DNA from: Nemertoderma westbladi
Taxonomy: Eukaryota; Animalia; Xenacoelomorpha
DNA: 64,000 nucleotides
Reading direction: 5' to 3'
Assembly (NCBI GenBank): GCA_032718475.1
Contig: JAUCBJ010009087.1
Span: 25,124-89,123, forward strand
Shown here: one piece after another, positions 23,901-35,651 of the stretch
How positions within the stretch are numbered: position 1 is the stretch's first letter
How the letters are laid out: every line of letters begins with the position of its first letter
Made by a program: the position numbers and the translations under genes
The notes under the pieces: model-generated
The model's database searches: none
What the model was told of the DNA's origin: nothing
What the model saw: only the letters and a program-made list of their open reading frames with translations

Positions 23901-25176
23901 AAAATAATAGAAGTTCGGAGCAGGTTGGTATAAAATGTTAAAATAATAGAAGTTCGGAGCTGGTTGGTATAAAATGTTAAAATAATAAACATAAATTAAT
24001 TTATTATTAGATTAGGTGGACGAGTTGGAGCGAATGCAGGGCTCACTCGAGCTCGAGGTGATGGATGTCGAATAGGGAAGGATTTAGGAGCCACATTTAT
24101 TTACGGAAAAGGCGGAGATTTCCTAAACAACCCGATGATGTGGTTCATAAATCAATACGGTGAGAGACATTATATATTTATTGTGATCATTTGTGGCATG
24201 TGCAGCTGAAACTTGGCTTGGTTGGCTTGTGTTAGACCACAGGTTGCGTTTTTGTAGGGAGAGATTAGGTTGGCAGTTCTCCAGTCTGCTGCAAGCGAAC
24301 AATCAGAAACTTGGCATACATGCAGTATGTACCAGAACACAGGCTGTATCGTTGTGATTACCCCATCTCCAGTCTTTCCCTTTCGTGTTATTGTTTATAA
24401 TTCTTACTTCCTGCTTGTTGTTTGTTACCTGGCACATGATATTTTGTGAGGTTTAAACCGTTTGCTATTTATTACCCGAATAATGTGAACGAATATAGAG
24501 GAAATCTGTATACATTTTGCTTAATTATATTGAGTTGACTTAATATATATCACGTGCTGCACGAAGTCCTCATCTCGCGTAAATATATATTTTGCGCTTT
24601 TCATGAACTTGTATTTTGAATTTAATTTTATGTGTAATATTTTTTCAGACGTTACGGCTCTGGGAAAGGGTGTGATTTCACTATTTTAATTTTTTAATTT
24701 TTCTGAATTAAAGTTATATAATATTATGTAAATTATTATAAATGATAATTTAGTAAATTATATTATTATAAATCAATACATTTATCAGCATTGGCTTAAT
24801 GTCAAAACGCCCTTTATCAATACAACATTACGTACCAGTTACAACAATAAAATTAATGACAAATACAATACCGGTACTAATCATATGCAAAATTACAGTA
24901 TATTTGGAAAGATTAATTTTGCATTAGGTCACTAAATTACTCAATTTTGTTTACAGAAACTATTGTTGATACAGTTAGAGTCTATAATATACCCTCCTTA
25001 TCAGTAGTTTGGAAGCAGATAGGCCTACTAATCATTTTACACCCATAACCAGAAAAACAAGATTTTAAATTATTCATCATTATTTCTTGCAATAACAATT
25101 AAGGTTCTTATTCCTACCACCACCAGCAGATAGATACAATATTTTTTATGTTGCCAAACGAACTTGCCCACAACTG

Positions 25177-26175
25177 TTAACCCTCGTCAGCAATCACTTC
25201 TATTTGACGGCCCGTTCCATCTACAGTGATAGAGCGGAATCTCTTGGCCTTTACGTGAAACGGCCCGTAGGTTCCTTGCGCCTGCTGGACGATGATATGT
25301 TTATGGGGTGGAACCTTTGTACCGGCTTGGGTAGTGACTTCCTGTGTCCAAGTTGCAGATGAAGTGGTCTTCCATTCATAACCAATAGAAGTTTCCACAT
25401 TTACCGAGAAAACCTCCTTAAACGAAGCTCCCACACTTACGGATAGACCGATATTGACCGTCCACTCATTGCCATGAGTAACACTTGAACCAATTTTCTC
25501 TTCGTAATTACAATGCGCTTCCCCTACCCCGTCAGTGTTATCGTATTCACAAACATTTTCCCATTTATCTGTCGCCTTCCACGTATACTTGTATCCTTTC
25601 TTCCATCCGTGGAACTCGGTGTATTCGGGATGATTGTATCGGTCTATTCTAGCGAGATTCACTTTGTTTCCGTCCCCAGAAGGATGAGCGTGGATGTACA
25701 GATTGCCGTCCGTCTCAGTTGTGATCCATAATTTATCCTCGGCGGAGTTCACCCACAACTTAAACTTTTCACTGTATCCAGGGTAGACACCATTAGAATC
25801 CCCCTTGATGCAATCCCCTCCATAAACACAAGTTATGCCTGTTTTACGTGTCAGATACTTTCCGCGAGAGGTTTTTATGGTCACACGATTTGAGCCGTCT
25901 CCAAGAAATTCAACATCGAAACGTTCTGGGTCTTTAGCACAGTTGCTACAACGGTTGTACAAAAATAAATCATCATCTTGTGCCGTTACGAACTTATCGT
26001 GGTGGGAGATTAGTATGATCCTATCGTTGCCCACATTTAACGAGCCTACACTGTCTGAATATCCGATGTTGAACCTCCATAGCTGTTCTCTATTTGTGAC
26101 GAGACTCGTGCCAGGCGGACCACCATATCCTTCTTCGAAGAATCCTAATAATAACAATGTGAAAATCACGTGCAT
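25177..26175 (-). CDS. Secreted protein: signal peptide, fascin-like beta-trefoil, aerolysin/ETX-MTX2-like beta-pore-forming domain (putative cytolysin or immune effector)
   Basis: Intact single ORF; first ATG at 26175 (MHVIFTLLLLGFFEEGYG, hydrophobic leader). Trefoil-like repeats IILISHHDKFVTA and ERFDVEFLGDGSNRVTIKTSRGKYLT. Amphipathic alternating hairpin VNIGLSVSVGASFKEVFSVNVETSIGYEW, followed by an S/T-rich strand and VPP..IIVQQ. Confidence 0.75.
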   Translation of the reverse strand: MHVIFTLLLLGFFEEGYGGPPGTSLVTNREQLWRFNIGYSDSVGSLNVGNDRIILISHHDKFVTAQDDDLFLYNRCSNCAKDPERFDVEFLGDGSNRVTIKTSRGKYLTRKTGITCVYGGDCIKGDSNGVYPGYSEKFKLWVNSAEDKLWITTETDGNLYIHAHPSGDGNKVNLARIDRYNHPEYTEFHGWKKGYKYTWKATDKWENVCEYDNTDGVGEAHCNYEEKIGSSVTHGNEWTVNIGLSVSVGASFKEVFSVNVETSIGYEWKTTSSATWTQEVTTQAGTKVPPHKHIIVQQAQGTYGPFHVKAKRFRSITVDGTGRQIEVIADEG

Positions 26176-26359
26176 TTTAAAAATCACCTTTTATTATATT
26201 TTTTGATAAATTTATATCTAAAAAACTGCTATAAAGAGTACTTGCGTGATATACAACAGCTACAATAATAATATTATAAGGATAGGGTTATATAGGTACA
26301 TATATACAATGGCTACTGATATAGTAAAGAAAAGTTATAGGAGATTAGAAATAAGAAGC

Positions 26360-29300
26360 ACTGGAGGCGTGGAAACATCTCTTGGCTGTTGTTACATGTG
26401 TTTCGGACCATCCGAATTATATTCTCTGCTGTCCTATTTGAACCACATGTCGCAGTGTCCGAATGGATACACCGCCTGAACTGACTTCACAATAGTGTTT
26501 TGCAGCGTAACAGCATAATGGAGGTGCCACCTCTGATTGCATAGACCCTCTTACTAAGGCAAATCTGGTCCTGTAACTAGGACCCCCTTCGTTCTGGGAT
26601 AAGGACGCCCTTGGTCCTGGATTACGGACCCATATACTTGGCTGCAGGGGTATATGGCCTGGCCAGGCAGATGGTGATCTACCAATGGCTGGTCAGGAGT
26701 AGAGTGTTCTCATGTCCACTCTGAGTTGAGTGCACTTCACTGTGCGCGACCTGCACCTGGCAGCAGGGGTACAGGGCATGGCCCAGCAGATGAGCTGCAC
26801 AGCCAATAGTGGGTCATGTGCGTCAGAGTAGATATGGGTGATGGGCCTCATATCTGACTCCACTGCGACACCCACCCTGTGGAATGGCAAACCAGGATGT
26901 GGTATTTGGCCCGAGAGCTGACTTGGCAAAAAAGCACCCCCAACCCCCCACTATGGATTAAATTATTAATGCGGAGGTCCGGCCACTAGAGGCCAGTGGA
27001 ATTTACGGACACAATAGGCCTCACAGGCGTCAGTTATCTCCTGATCGGCTGTCTGTCTCACCCCCTACTGGAGAGAGAGCAGCCAACGATTCTTTGAGTC
27101 CCTTTCCTGATGACCTTTCTGGGCCAAACCCTGGGTCACCAGGGAGTCCAGATTGTGGGGTGGAGAGAGATTCTGGAGTTGGAGGCTACTCTCATGTTCC
27201 ACCCGACCAACCAAGCCATTGGTGAATCTGAGGCAAGTCACCAGAGTAGCCCCAGTTAACACCCTAACACTCGGATCCCCAATGCGATGCGGTGAACTGA
27301 CTAACTTGGCAGATAAGCATACTGATAGCGCAGTGGGTGTTCAAGAGCACCGAATGCAGACATGACAGACTGATGAGGTTCTGATTAAGGACATGGGGGG
27401 CGGCTAGCGACTCGCTCTCGCTTCAGCAGATGATAGTGGCAATGGTGGAATTGGTCTATTGATGAATCCAACAGCACATGCAGCATTGGACAAAATAGAC
27501 CAAATCTCTAACCGCATCATCCTTTGCCACTTCTCATGTTCTGGAGACTGGTTAAGAAGTTTCCTAAGGTGGTTCTGATTGAGTGCTATTCACCAACTAG
27601 TGTTGCCCCAGTAGAGGAGGTGGAAAACTATCACAATCACATCTACAAGAAGCTACTGGTGAAGTGGTTCAGCATGCATTCTTAACAATCCTGGTTCCGT
27701 TCATCTTCAGGATTTTATCTCTGGAAATGGATTGTTTTCGGCTGGAACCCAGTTCAAGAAGCGAACTGGAAAGCTATGGACTCATAGTGGACCCAGTGGT
27801 CACAAGTCCCAGATAGACCATATTCAGTTTCGTAGGAAATACAGGAGCTCTATACAAGACTGTAATGCATTTACACTTCGATCCTTCTCCAGTGATCACC
27901 GCCTTATTGTGGCCAAGGTAAGACTTAGTCTGCGTGCTAGCAGAACAACGAAATCTGCCTCGCCGCGGCATGACTGGTCCTCTCTGTTGCAACAGCCAAG
28001 TGTGAGATCCAGCTTCACACTACAGCTGTGCAACAGGTATGAGGCTCTTGCCTCTGAGGCGGCAGATCACTGTGAGGGCTATACTGCCTTTACAGAAGCA
28101 GTTAAGTTAGCAACTGCAGAAACAGTTCTTGTATACCCTCGTAACAGGAAAAAGGCCCCTTGGACTGACAACAAAGTTCAGAAGTGCTGAAATGACCTTT
28201 ATAAGGCACAGAAACAGTCCCGACTCAAACAGACTACAGCGGCCAAGAATGCAGTTAAGGCTGCATCTAGGTCCCTGAACAGGCAGTACTCTGTTAATTT
28301 ACAGGAGCTAATAAACCAACAGGTTGATGCCATCAATGATGCTGACGACAGCAGGCAATCATCCCAGGCATGGAAATCGATCAATCTGCTTACTGGGCGG
28401 AAAAGCCAACCAACCACCAAGGTTAAGGCTGAATCACCAGCTGATCGCCTCAATGGTTGGAAGGCCCACTTTAAAAAGCTCCTCAATAATGACAGGGTAT
28501 TGCCTGATAACTTTATAGAAGTAAAAGTGTCTGAGTCTGTACTGCCAGATATTCCCATTGGTGATATCTCCTTTGCAGAAGTGAAGGCTGCTGCAAAGAG
28601 CATTAAGACCAATCGTGCCAGTGGAGTAGATGGTGTTCCCCCTGAGGTCTTTAAAATACCTGAGTGTTTAAAGCTCATCTATCCCATCATAGTAGACATG
28701 TACAGAACAACAAGAGTCCCACAAGAAATGAAAACAAATAAGTTGGTGCCATTTCCCAAGAATGACAACCTAACACTCTATGGTTATTTTCGCGGAATCT
28801 CATTGATCTCGATTGCTGCAAAGCTATACAATAGAATTCTATTAAATCGCCTCAGGGATCCCATTTAGAGACTGCTGCGTGGAACTCAGAGTGGGTTCTG
28901 TAAAGGTCGTGGGACCATGGAGCAAATTTTGGCACTTAGAAGGATAATTGAAGATTTATTAAAGAAGAAAGGCCTTTGATTCAGTCTCTCGCACAAGTAT
29001 GTACAGTAGTGTACAGCATACTTTCACCGTATGGGATCCTGAAAAATTATTGCAGCAATCAGATCAGTATACGATGGTTCAACAACATTTGTGTCTTCTG
29101 TTGACGGTGACACAGAACAAGTGTTATGGGGCGTCCTCCAGGGAGACACACTTGCACCATCCTTGTTCATAATTGTGGTTGACTATGTTCTACGTCTACG
29201 CATGTCCTTAGATCATTAAATGCGATTCCTGATAAAATTATTGCAGCAATCAGATCAGTATACGATGGTTCGACAACATTTGTGTCTACTATTGACGGTC

Positions 29301-30140
29301 ACACAGAACCATTCGAAGTGTTATGGGGAGTTCTCCAGGGAGACACACTTGCGCCATTCTTGTTCATAATTGTGGTTGATTATGTTCTAGGCATGTCCTT
29401 AGATCATCATAATGATGATGGGGTGATGATAACTCCACCTACTGGCTCCAGAAGTCGAGGAAATCCTGCCAAGTACCTAACTGATCTAGACTTTGCTGAT
29501 GACTTAGGAGTACTCTCAGAATCACTACAGGGAGCCCAACGGCTCCTTAGCTCATTAGAACAGGATGCTTCCAGTGTTCGTCTTTTTATTATCTCCAAAA
29601 AGACCAAAATTTTGACAGTAAACTTTGAAAGTCCTCAGCAAGTCTCTGACTGGATGGGCATAAGCTCAAAGGATGGTATGCTTGAGCATGTGGATGACTT
29701 CTGTTACCTGGGATCATGGAACCGGAAGTCATGTGAGGACCTTCGAATACGTAAGGGAAAGGCATCTAACTGCTGAGGACACCAAATCTCTGGATGGCAC
29801 ATTCACAAGAATGCTACGCCGGGTTCACTGTTTCAAGTAGATTGCACACATCTCCAACCAGACACTATTTAACATTGGAGGTATCTCATTGATTCCCCCA
29901 AGCTTGACACTAGAACAAAGCCGCCTCCGCTTTGCAGGACATTGCTTTGACATCGTGAGGACTAGCCAGTACATAATCCTGTGCTTTGGCAGCCCCATGG
30001 AGTGAATAGGCATGGTGGACAGCCCATGACTTTCTTGAGACGCATCTTAAAGGACACTGGCCTTGAAGATGCGGGTGAATTAGCAAATGTCATGGGTGAT
30101 AGGGATTTGTGGCGGCGCAAGTTTGTTGACAAGCCAGCAC
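26360..30140 (+). mobile_element. Decayed, near full-length RTE-clade LINE (APE endonuclease + RT pseudogene); ends approximate
   Basis: Fragments in order: VGVQEHR; SQIDHI..SDHRLIVAKV (APE); ASGVDGVPPEVFK; FRGISLISIAAKLYNRILLNRL; GVLQGDTLAPFLFIIVVDY; LDFADDL; DFCYLGSW; LRFAGHC. Many stops and frameshifts. Confidence 0.88.
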
Positions 30141-30495
30141 AGCATTCTTAAAAATGCTGCAAAGCAGCATGCCGATCCTAGTAGTACTAGTAGGCAGCAT
30201 AGCTTCAGATCCGACTAAATGCTGTAGATATTTGCACTGAGGTGTCTCTATTGTATATCTTAAGAAAACAGTGCTCATTGAAACACAGCCGGTACAATGG
30301 GAACCTGGATTCTGCAGCAGGAGTAAATAAATAGTTGGATAGTTATGGAGTGTACACCCTTGGGAGTTAGTGTGGTGACCTCCCTACTCCCTACCTTATA
30401 GGTAACAGCCAAGAGAGAGAGAGCAGTTTTCGCTTTGCCTCCGGTGTTTCGCGATTATCACGTTCAGCTTTACTTTATTATTATTAACTTTATTT

Positions 30496-31020
30496 TCCCA
30501 AAGGAATGCCTGTTCGCCACCATGGGCGATCTCCCACAGTAAACCCTTCCACTGTTTCCTAAAGGAATGCCTGTTCACCACCATGGGTGATCTTTCACAG
30601 TAAACCCTTCCACTGTTTCCTAAAGGAATGCCTGTTCACCACCATGGGTGATCTTCCACAGTAAACCCTTCCACTGTTTCCTAAAGGAATGCCTGTTCAC
30701 CACCATGGGTGATCTTCCACAGTAAAACCTTCCACTCTGTTAACTAAAGGAATGCCTGTTCACCACCATGGATGATCTTCCACAGTAAACCCTTCCACTG
30801 TTTCCTAAAGGAATGCCTGTTCACCACCATGGGTGATCTTCCACGGTAAACCCTTCCATTCTGTTTCCTAAAGGAATGCCTGTTCACCACCAGCGGTGAC
30901 CTTCCACAGTAAACCCTTCCACTCTGTTTCCTAAAGGAATGCCTGTTCACCACCATGGGTGATCTTCCACAGTAAACCCTTCCACTGTTTCCTAAAGGAA
31001 TGCCTGTTAAGCACCATGGG
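30496..31020. repeat. 61-bp minisatellite, about 8.5 copies
   Basis: Unit ctaaaggaatgcctgttcaccaccatgggtgatcttccacagtaaacccttccactgtttc. Confidence 0.97.
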
Positions 31021-31623
31021 TGTAGCGTATTTATACAAATTCAACATGAGAATCGCCAGGTTGTCAATATATAACACGGGATTTTCATGTTTCCTTTCGA
31101 TCAAATAATTCTCTGTTAATCACGTTTATTTCATTATGGGATTCGTCAGATTTATAAATGTACAACTTGTTTGATGATTTTATTTACATTTAACCATTAT
31201 TCTGATAATTGCTGAGAATTATTGCCATTGATTAATTGCTACACATTAACTCTACTTGTGAATTAACATGTTTCATTAGTAAGTATTGCGTCATTATGAT
31301 GACTCATCGATTCAAACCGAAATGAATCGCATGTCGATTATTCGCATGCACCATATTGGTGGACTACACGCAAGTAGAGGTTACTGTAAGCAATTCAAGT
31401 TTATAAAATAGAATGAAGCGTGCTGGGTTACAGAGACTGATTTTCTAACCAAAATAATAAACGATGTTGTTTCCAATTGAGGGAAATGAGCAGATTACTA
31501 ACAGAGACACGCATTTTGAGGGCGAAGATTTCTCCGGGCGAAGATTGGACGGGGGCGAAGTTTGCTGCGTACCGAAACCTCGTACTGACGCAGCCCAGGA
31601 CACAGAATTTACTTTTAATGTAT

Positions 31624-32065
31624 AAAGAAGTACTGTAAAGAAGTACTGTAAAGAAGTACTGTAAAGAAGTAATGTAAAGAAGTACTGTAAAGAAGTACTG
31701 TAAAGAAGTACTGTAAAGAAGTACTGTAAAGAAGTACTGTAAAGAAGTACTGTAAAGAAGTACTGTAAAGAAGTACTGTAAAGAAGTACTGTAAAGAAGT
31801 ACTGTAAAGAAGTACTGTAAAGAAGTACTGTAAAGAAGTACTGTAAAGAAGTACTGTAAAGAAGTACTGTAAAGAAGTACTGTAAAGAAGTACTGTAAAG
31901 AAGTACTGTAAAGAAGTACTGTAAAGAAGTACTGTAAAGAAGTACTGTAAAGAAGTACTGTAAAGAAGTACTGTAAAGAAGTACTGTAAAGAAGTACTGT
32001 AAATAAGTACTGTAAAGAAGTACTGTAAAGAAGTACTGTAAAGAAGTACTGTAAAGAAGTACTGT
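31624..32065. repeat. 13-bp tandem repeat (aaagaagtactgt) x34
   Basis: Direct observation. Confidence 0.99.
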
Positions 32066-32195
32066 ACGTGCATTACAACTATTTTAAAGTAACGGCATTC
32101 TCTCTTTCGGGTAGAACGCGGCACGAGTGTTGAATAAATATAAAATCATTTTTACTCATTATGTTATTTTCACTTTCTATTGAGTTGATACTTAA

Positions 32196-33024
32196 GGAGA
32201 GTAGTACAGACATCCAATTTTTTTTCTGTTTCATCTAGAGCTAGAGAAAATATTTTTCAAGTTTCCAAATTTGAAAACCGTTTAGCAATATCTGTCTTAC
32301 TTCTCGAGATATGGATGTCTCTCCGATTCACTGTCGTTTTGTCCGTCAGTATGTCTGTCTGTTCGTCAATACAATAAAAAGCAAACTACTACAGTATTAC
32401 CTGTGTAAAAAAATTCCCTATTTGGGTTTTCGTGGTCGGTCACTTCATTTCTGATGTTAATATTTAAATTTGTCCTCATCGTTTCTGTTTGTATGCCTGT
32501 CAGTCTTTCCGTCAAAATATAACCGACAGAATGACTGTCAAACACTTTTTGCTAAGTATATATTGACAGATATTATTTCATATTAACAGACAGTTTTTGC
32601 GCTGAAAGGTGCAAATTTTAACTGGATTTTTATCAAAACGAGTTTTTAGAATTATTTCGGTACATTTTTCTCAGCTGCCATTTGAGTTATAGAATAAATT
32701 TCTCACTAGGATAATTTTTTACCGTAGAATAACGTGAAACAATTAGTTTGGTTATATTATGTACGCATAAACACCAAATTGTAATTTTAATGTTTGCTAG
32801 ACTAATTATTTGGCTATTTTTTTTTGAAAATTAGGTCCATTTTTCAAAAAATAAGCTAAATATATGAAAAAAATTTAAATTAAAAAAAATTGGTTCACCT
32901 GAAAGCCCATTAAATTCTGGTTGGGATGCAAGAACAGTTGGCCTATAAAGTAATCTGATGCGTTCTAAAATGGTACAGAGGCTTAATAGTAGTTTGTATG
33001 GCAAAAATGCCTGCACTACTCCCC
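32196..33024. mobile_element. Non-autonomous DNA transposon (MITE) with TTAA target-site duplication, Kolobok-type termini
   Basis: ttaa|ggagagtagtacagacat at 32192-32213 and atgcctgcactactcccc|ttaa ending at 33028: an 18-bp TIR (15/18 match), TTAA on both sides, purine 5' end. Confidence 0.8.
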
Positions 33025-33199
33025 TTAATGTTCTTCAGGAATTCACAGAACACCCAGTAGTTGCAGTAGCTGCAGCACTAAAAATAGCAGGATAGCAGGA
33101 TATTTTATACTTAATCTATAAAACGGTTAATAAATGCCATTACTTAATTAATATACGATTAATATACGGTGTTGTCCAGACTACACGTAGGCACCGCGT

Positions 33200-35425
33200 A
33201 CCACACAATCGCATTACACTGGTATTATCAGAGGCGTTGAATGACGCATCGCAGTGTCTCCCTCGTCCCTCCCCTCCCAATAGTAGGACAGGTACGCCGG
33301 TAATGCCTGGCTGGAATGAGCATGTCCGCCCTTATAAGGAGGAATGTTTATTTTGGCATAGCGTCTGGATCTCGGCCGGGAGGCCTAATGAGTCACAGAG
33401 CAATTTATTTCATTTAAGAGCGCAATACAGAGTATCAAGAGTATCAAGAGTATCAAGAGCGTAATACAAATATGTCCGTGGATGGGGTCAATGACCCCGA
33501 TGGGATTTCGGATAAATTTGCATCCATTTATTCCCAGCTTTACAATCAGAATTATAATGATGACATGTCTCATTTAGAATCTCTCATTAAAGACGGTATA
33601 GATAACTTAAATCATGAGGATATGGAATGGATAACCCCCCAGATAGTTTCTGCCACAATAAATAAACTCCAGTCTGGTAAGTCCGATGTGGCGGGTGATT
33701 TTAATTCGGATTGTTTCTTGAACGCATCTGAGGTTTTATCGCATCTACTAGCGCAGTTGTTTAATGCTTGCCTGGTGCACGGTTTTCTTCCAAAGTTTCT
33801 TCTTATGTCATCGATAATTCCATTAATTAAGGATAAACTTGGCGATGCGGCGAGTTCGTCGAACTACCGCGCGATTGCAATATCGTCACTGATCCTGAAG
33901 ACGTTTGAGTGGGTCATGGTTTTGTCTCAGGGAGAATCTCTGCGGGTAGACGAACTTCAGTTTGGGTTTCAAAAAGGTTCGAGTACGACGTCATGTAGTT
34001 GGGCAGCTAGTGAGGTGATCTCGTTCTATTCCCCATTCTCTACGCCGGTGTATGGTTGCTTCCTGGATTTATCTAAGGCGTTTGATATGGTCAACTGGGT
34101 TTCACTGTTTTTGGAATGATTAAGAAAGGCTTCTCCTTGTTATTCCTTAGAATGTTGCTATTCATGTACCGCGGGCAAACGTGTTGTGTTAGATGGGGTT
34201 CATCATCCTCTGAAGAGTTCCCTATTACTAATGGTGTGCGGCAGGGGTCGGTGGCTTCACCGCTACTTTTTTGTGTAATCTTAAATACACTTGTTGTGCG
34301 TCTTAGGGATTCTGGAATTGGGTGCCACATTGGATCTAGGTATTTTGGGGTTTTAGTGTACGCGGACGACATTTTACTATTGTGTCCGTTATTGCTGGTT
34401 TACAGAAAATGTTGAATATATGTAGTAATTTCGCGGCCGAAAACAATAATATGTCTTTTAGTACCAACACGGACCCAAACAAAAGTAAAAGTAAGTGCAT
34501 TCCTTTCGGTTTTTCTTGGTCACCTCCTAACTGTAATATTTTACTTAACAATACAGTATTGCCGTGGGTTAAACAGGCAACACACTTAGGTAATGTTTTT
34601 CATTTCAGTGGTAAATTTGGTGCAGACATTACAGTTAAACGTGGTAAATTTATAGGTAAATTGGTGAGCTTACGTAGGGAATTCTATTTTTCACATCCAC
34701 ATTGTTTATCAGTTTTGCAGCGTATTTACTGTATACTAGTTTTTATGGCAGTACTCTGTGAGATCTTTGGTCAGATGATGTTAAACGTTTAATGACATCA
34801 TGGCAAATTAATGTACGTTTGGTGTGGGGATTACCGGTAAATACCCATCGTTACATAGTTGAGGGTATTGTGCCTTTTGTACATCCATACAGTATGTTAT
34901 GTAGTAGATTCGTAACGTTTGCCCAGTCTCTATTATCTAGTAATAAACCTTCCTTATATTTTTTAGCTTCACTAAGTTTGTTTGATTGTCGTACAGTTTC
35001 TGGTGCTAATTTGCGGCGTATTTGTAGTAAATGTAACATAGATTTCAGTTCCGTGTCTAAACATGTTTGTAATTCAGTTAGTGGTACCCTGACAATCGTT
35101 CCAATTCAATAATTCCGCTTTGTAGAGAAATTGTAGATTATAATTTAGGTCTTTTAGAAATTCCCGGTTTCAGTTTGGAGGAAATTAATGCTATTTTATT
35201 AAATATATGTGCTAATTAATCACTTGTCGATGTCTCATTTACTCTTGTATTGCTATTCTATGTATTGCTATTCTATGTATTGCTTTTTATTGTTATTTGT
35301 GCTATTTTACGTAGGGCCTACAACTCTGTACTTATATATTTTATTTATTTTAATTTATATATTTTATTTATATTTTATTTATATATTTTTTTTTGTATAA
35401 TGTACGATATGAATTAAATAATATA
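33200..35425 (+). mobile_element. Decayed CR1/L2/Daphne-group LINE, RT region plus 3' UTR
   Basis: PGWNEHV..W...GRP; NYRAIAISSLILKTFE; QFGFQKGSST; FLDLSKAFD; NGVRQGSVASPLLF; YADDILLL; HLGNVF. Frameshifts join ORFs 33472, 34116, 34382 and 34792. AT-rich tail. Confidence 0.9.
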
Positions 35426-35651
35426 TATCCCGCTTATACAGTAATACAGAACACTTTCGTGGGGCCTTCGCGCAGCACGAGGGTCAACAGAACGACAGAT
35501 ACACCGATTGAGTTGGTTGTACCCGTATGCTAAGCACGCTTACTTTCGTGGCTCGCCCCACATAATATAAACATGTCTTTTTGGATTTCCATCCACCGCC
35601 CAATTTTCAAATGTAGGCCTATCTACATTCTACACTTCCTACCACTACTGT

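Larger units (their letters stand above)
13612..23988. repeat. 39-bp satellite (ggtataaaatgttaaaataatagaagttcggagcaggtt), interrupted by a gap and a LINE
   Basis: Near-identical head-to-tail 39-bp units visible directly. Confidence 0.99.

Noticed and set aside
18886-23992. ORFs of repeated LLRTSIILTFYTN
   Set aside because: A by-product of a 39-bp unit lacking stops in one frame; variants introduce stops freely.
26176-26187. GTG start given by the ORF track for the toxin-like gene
   Set aside because: In a eukaryote the ATG at 26175 is the more plausible start and begins the signal peptide.
26430-27150. Possible HDV-like or hammerhead ribozyme in the RTE 5' UTR (several GC-rich hairpins, e.g. 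ggtcct/aggacc)
   Set aside because: A full catalytic core could not be assembled by eye; an Infernal/RNArobo scan is needed.
31519-31574. Three gggcgaag motifs ending in gtaccg, resembling a DNA-transposon subterminal end
   Set aside because: No partner inverted end was found.
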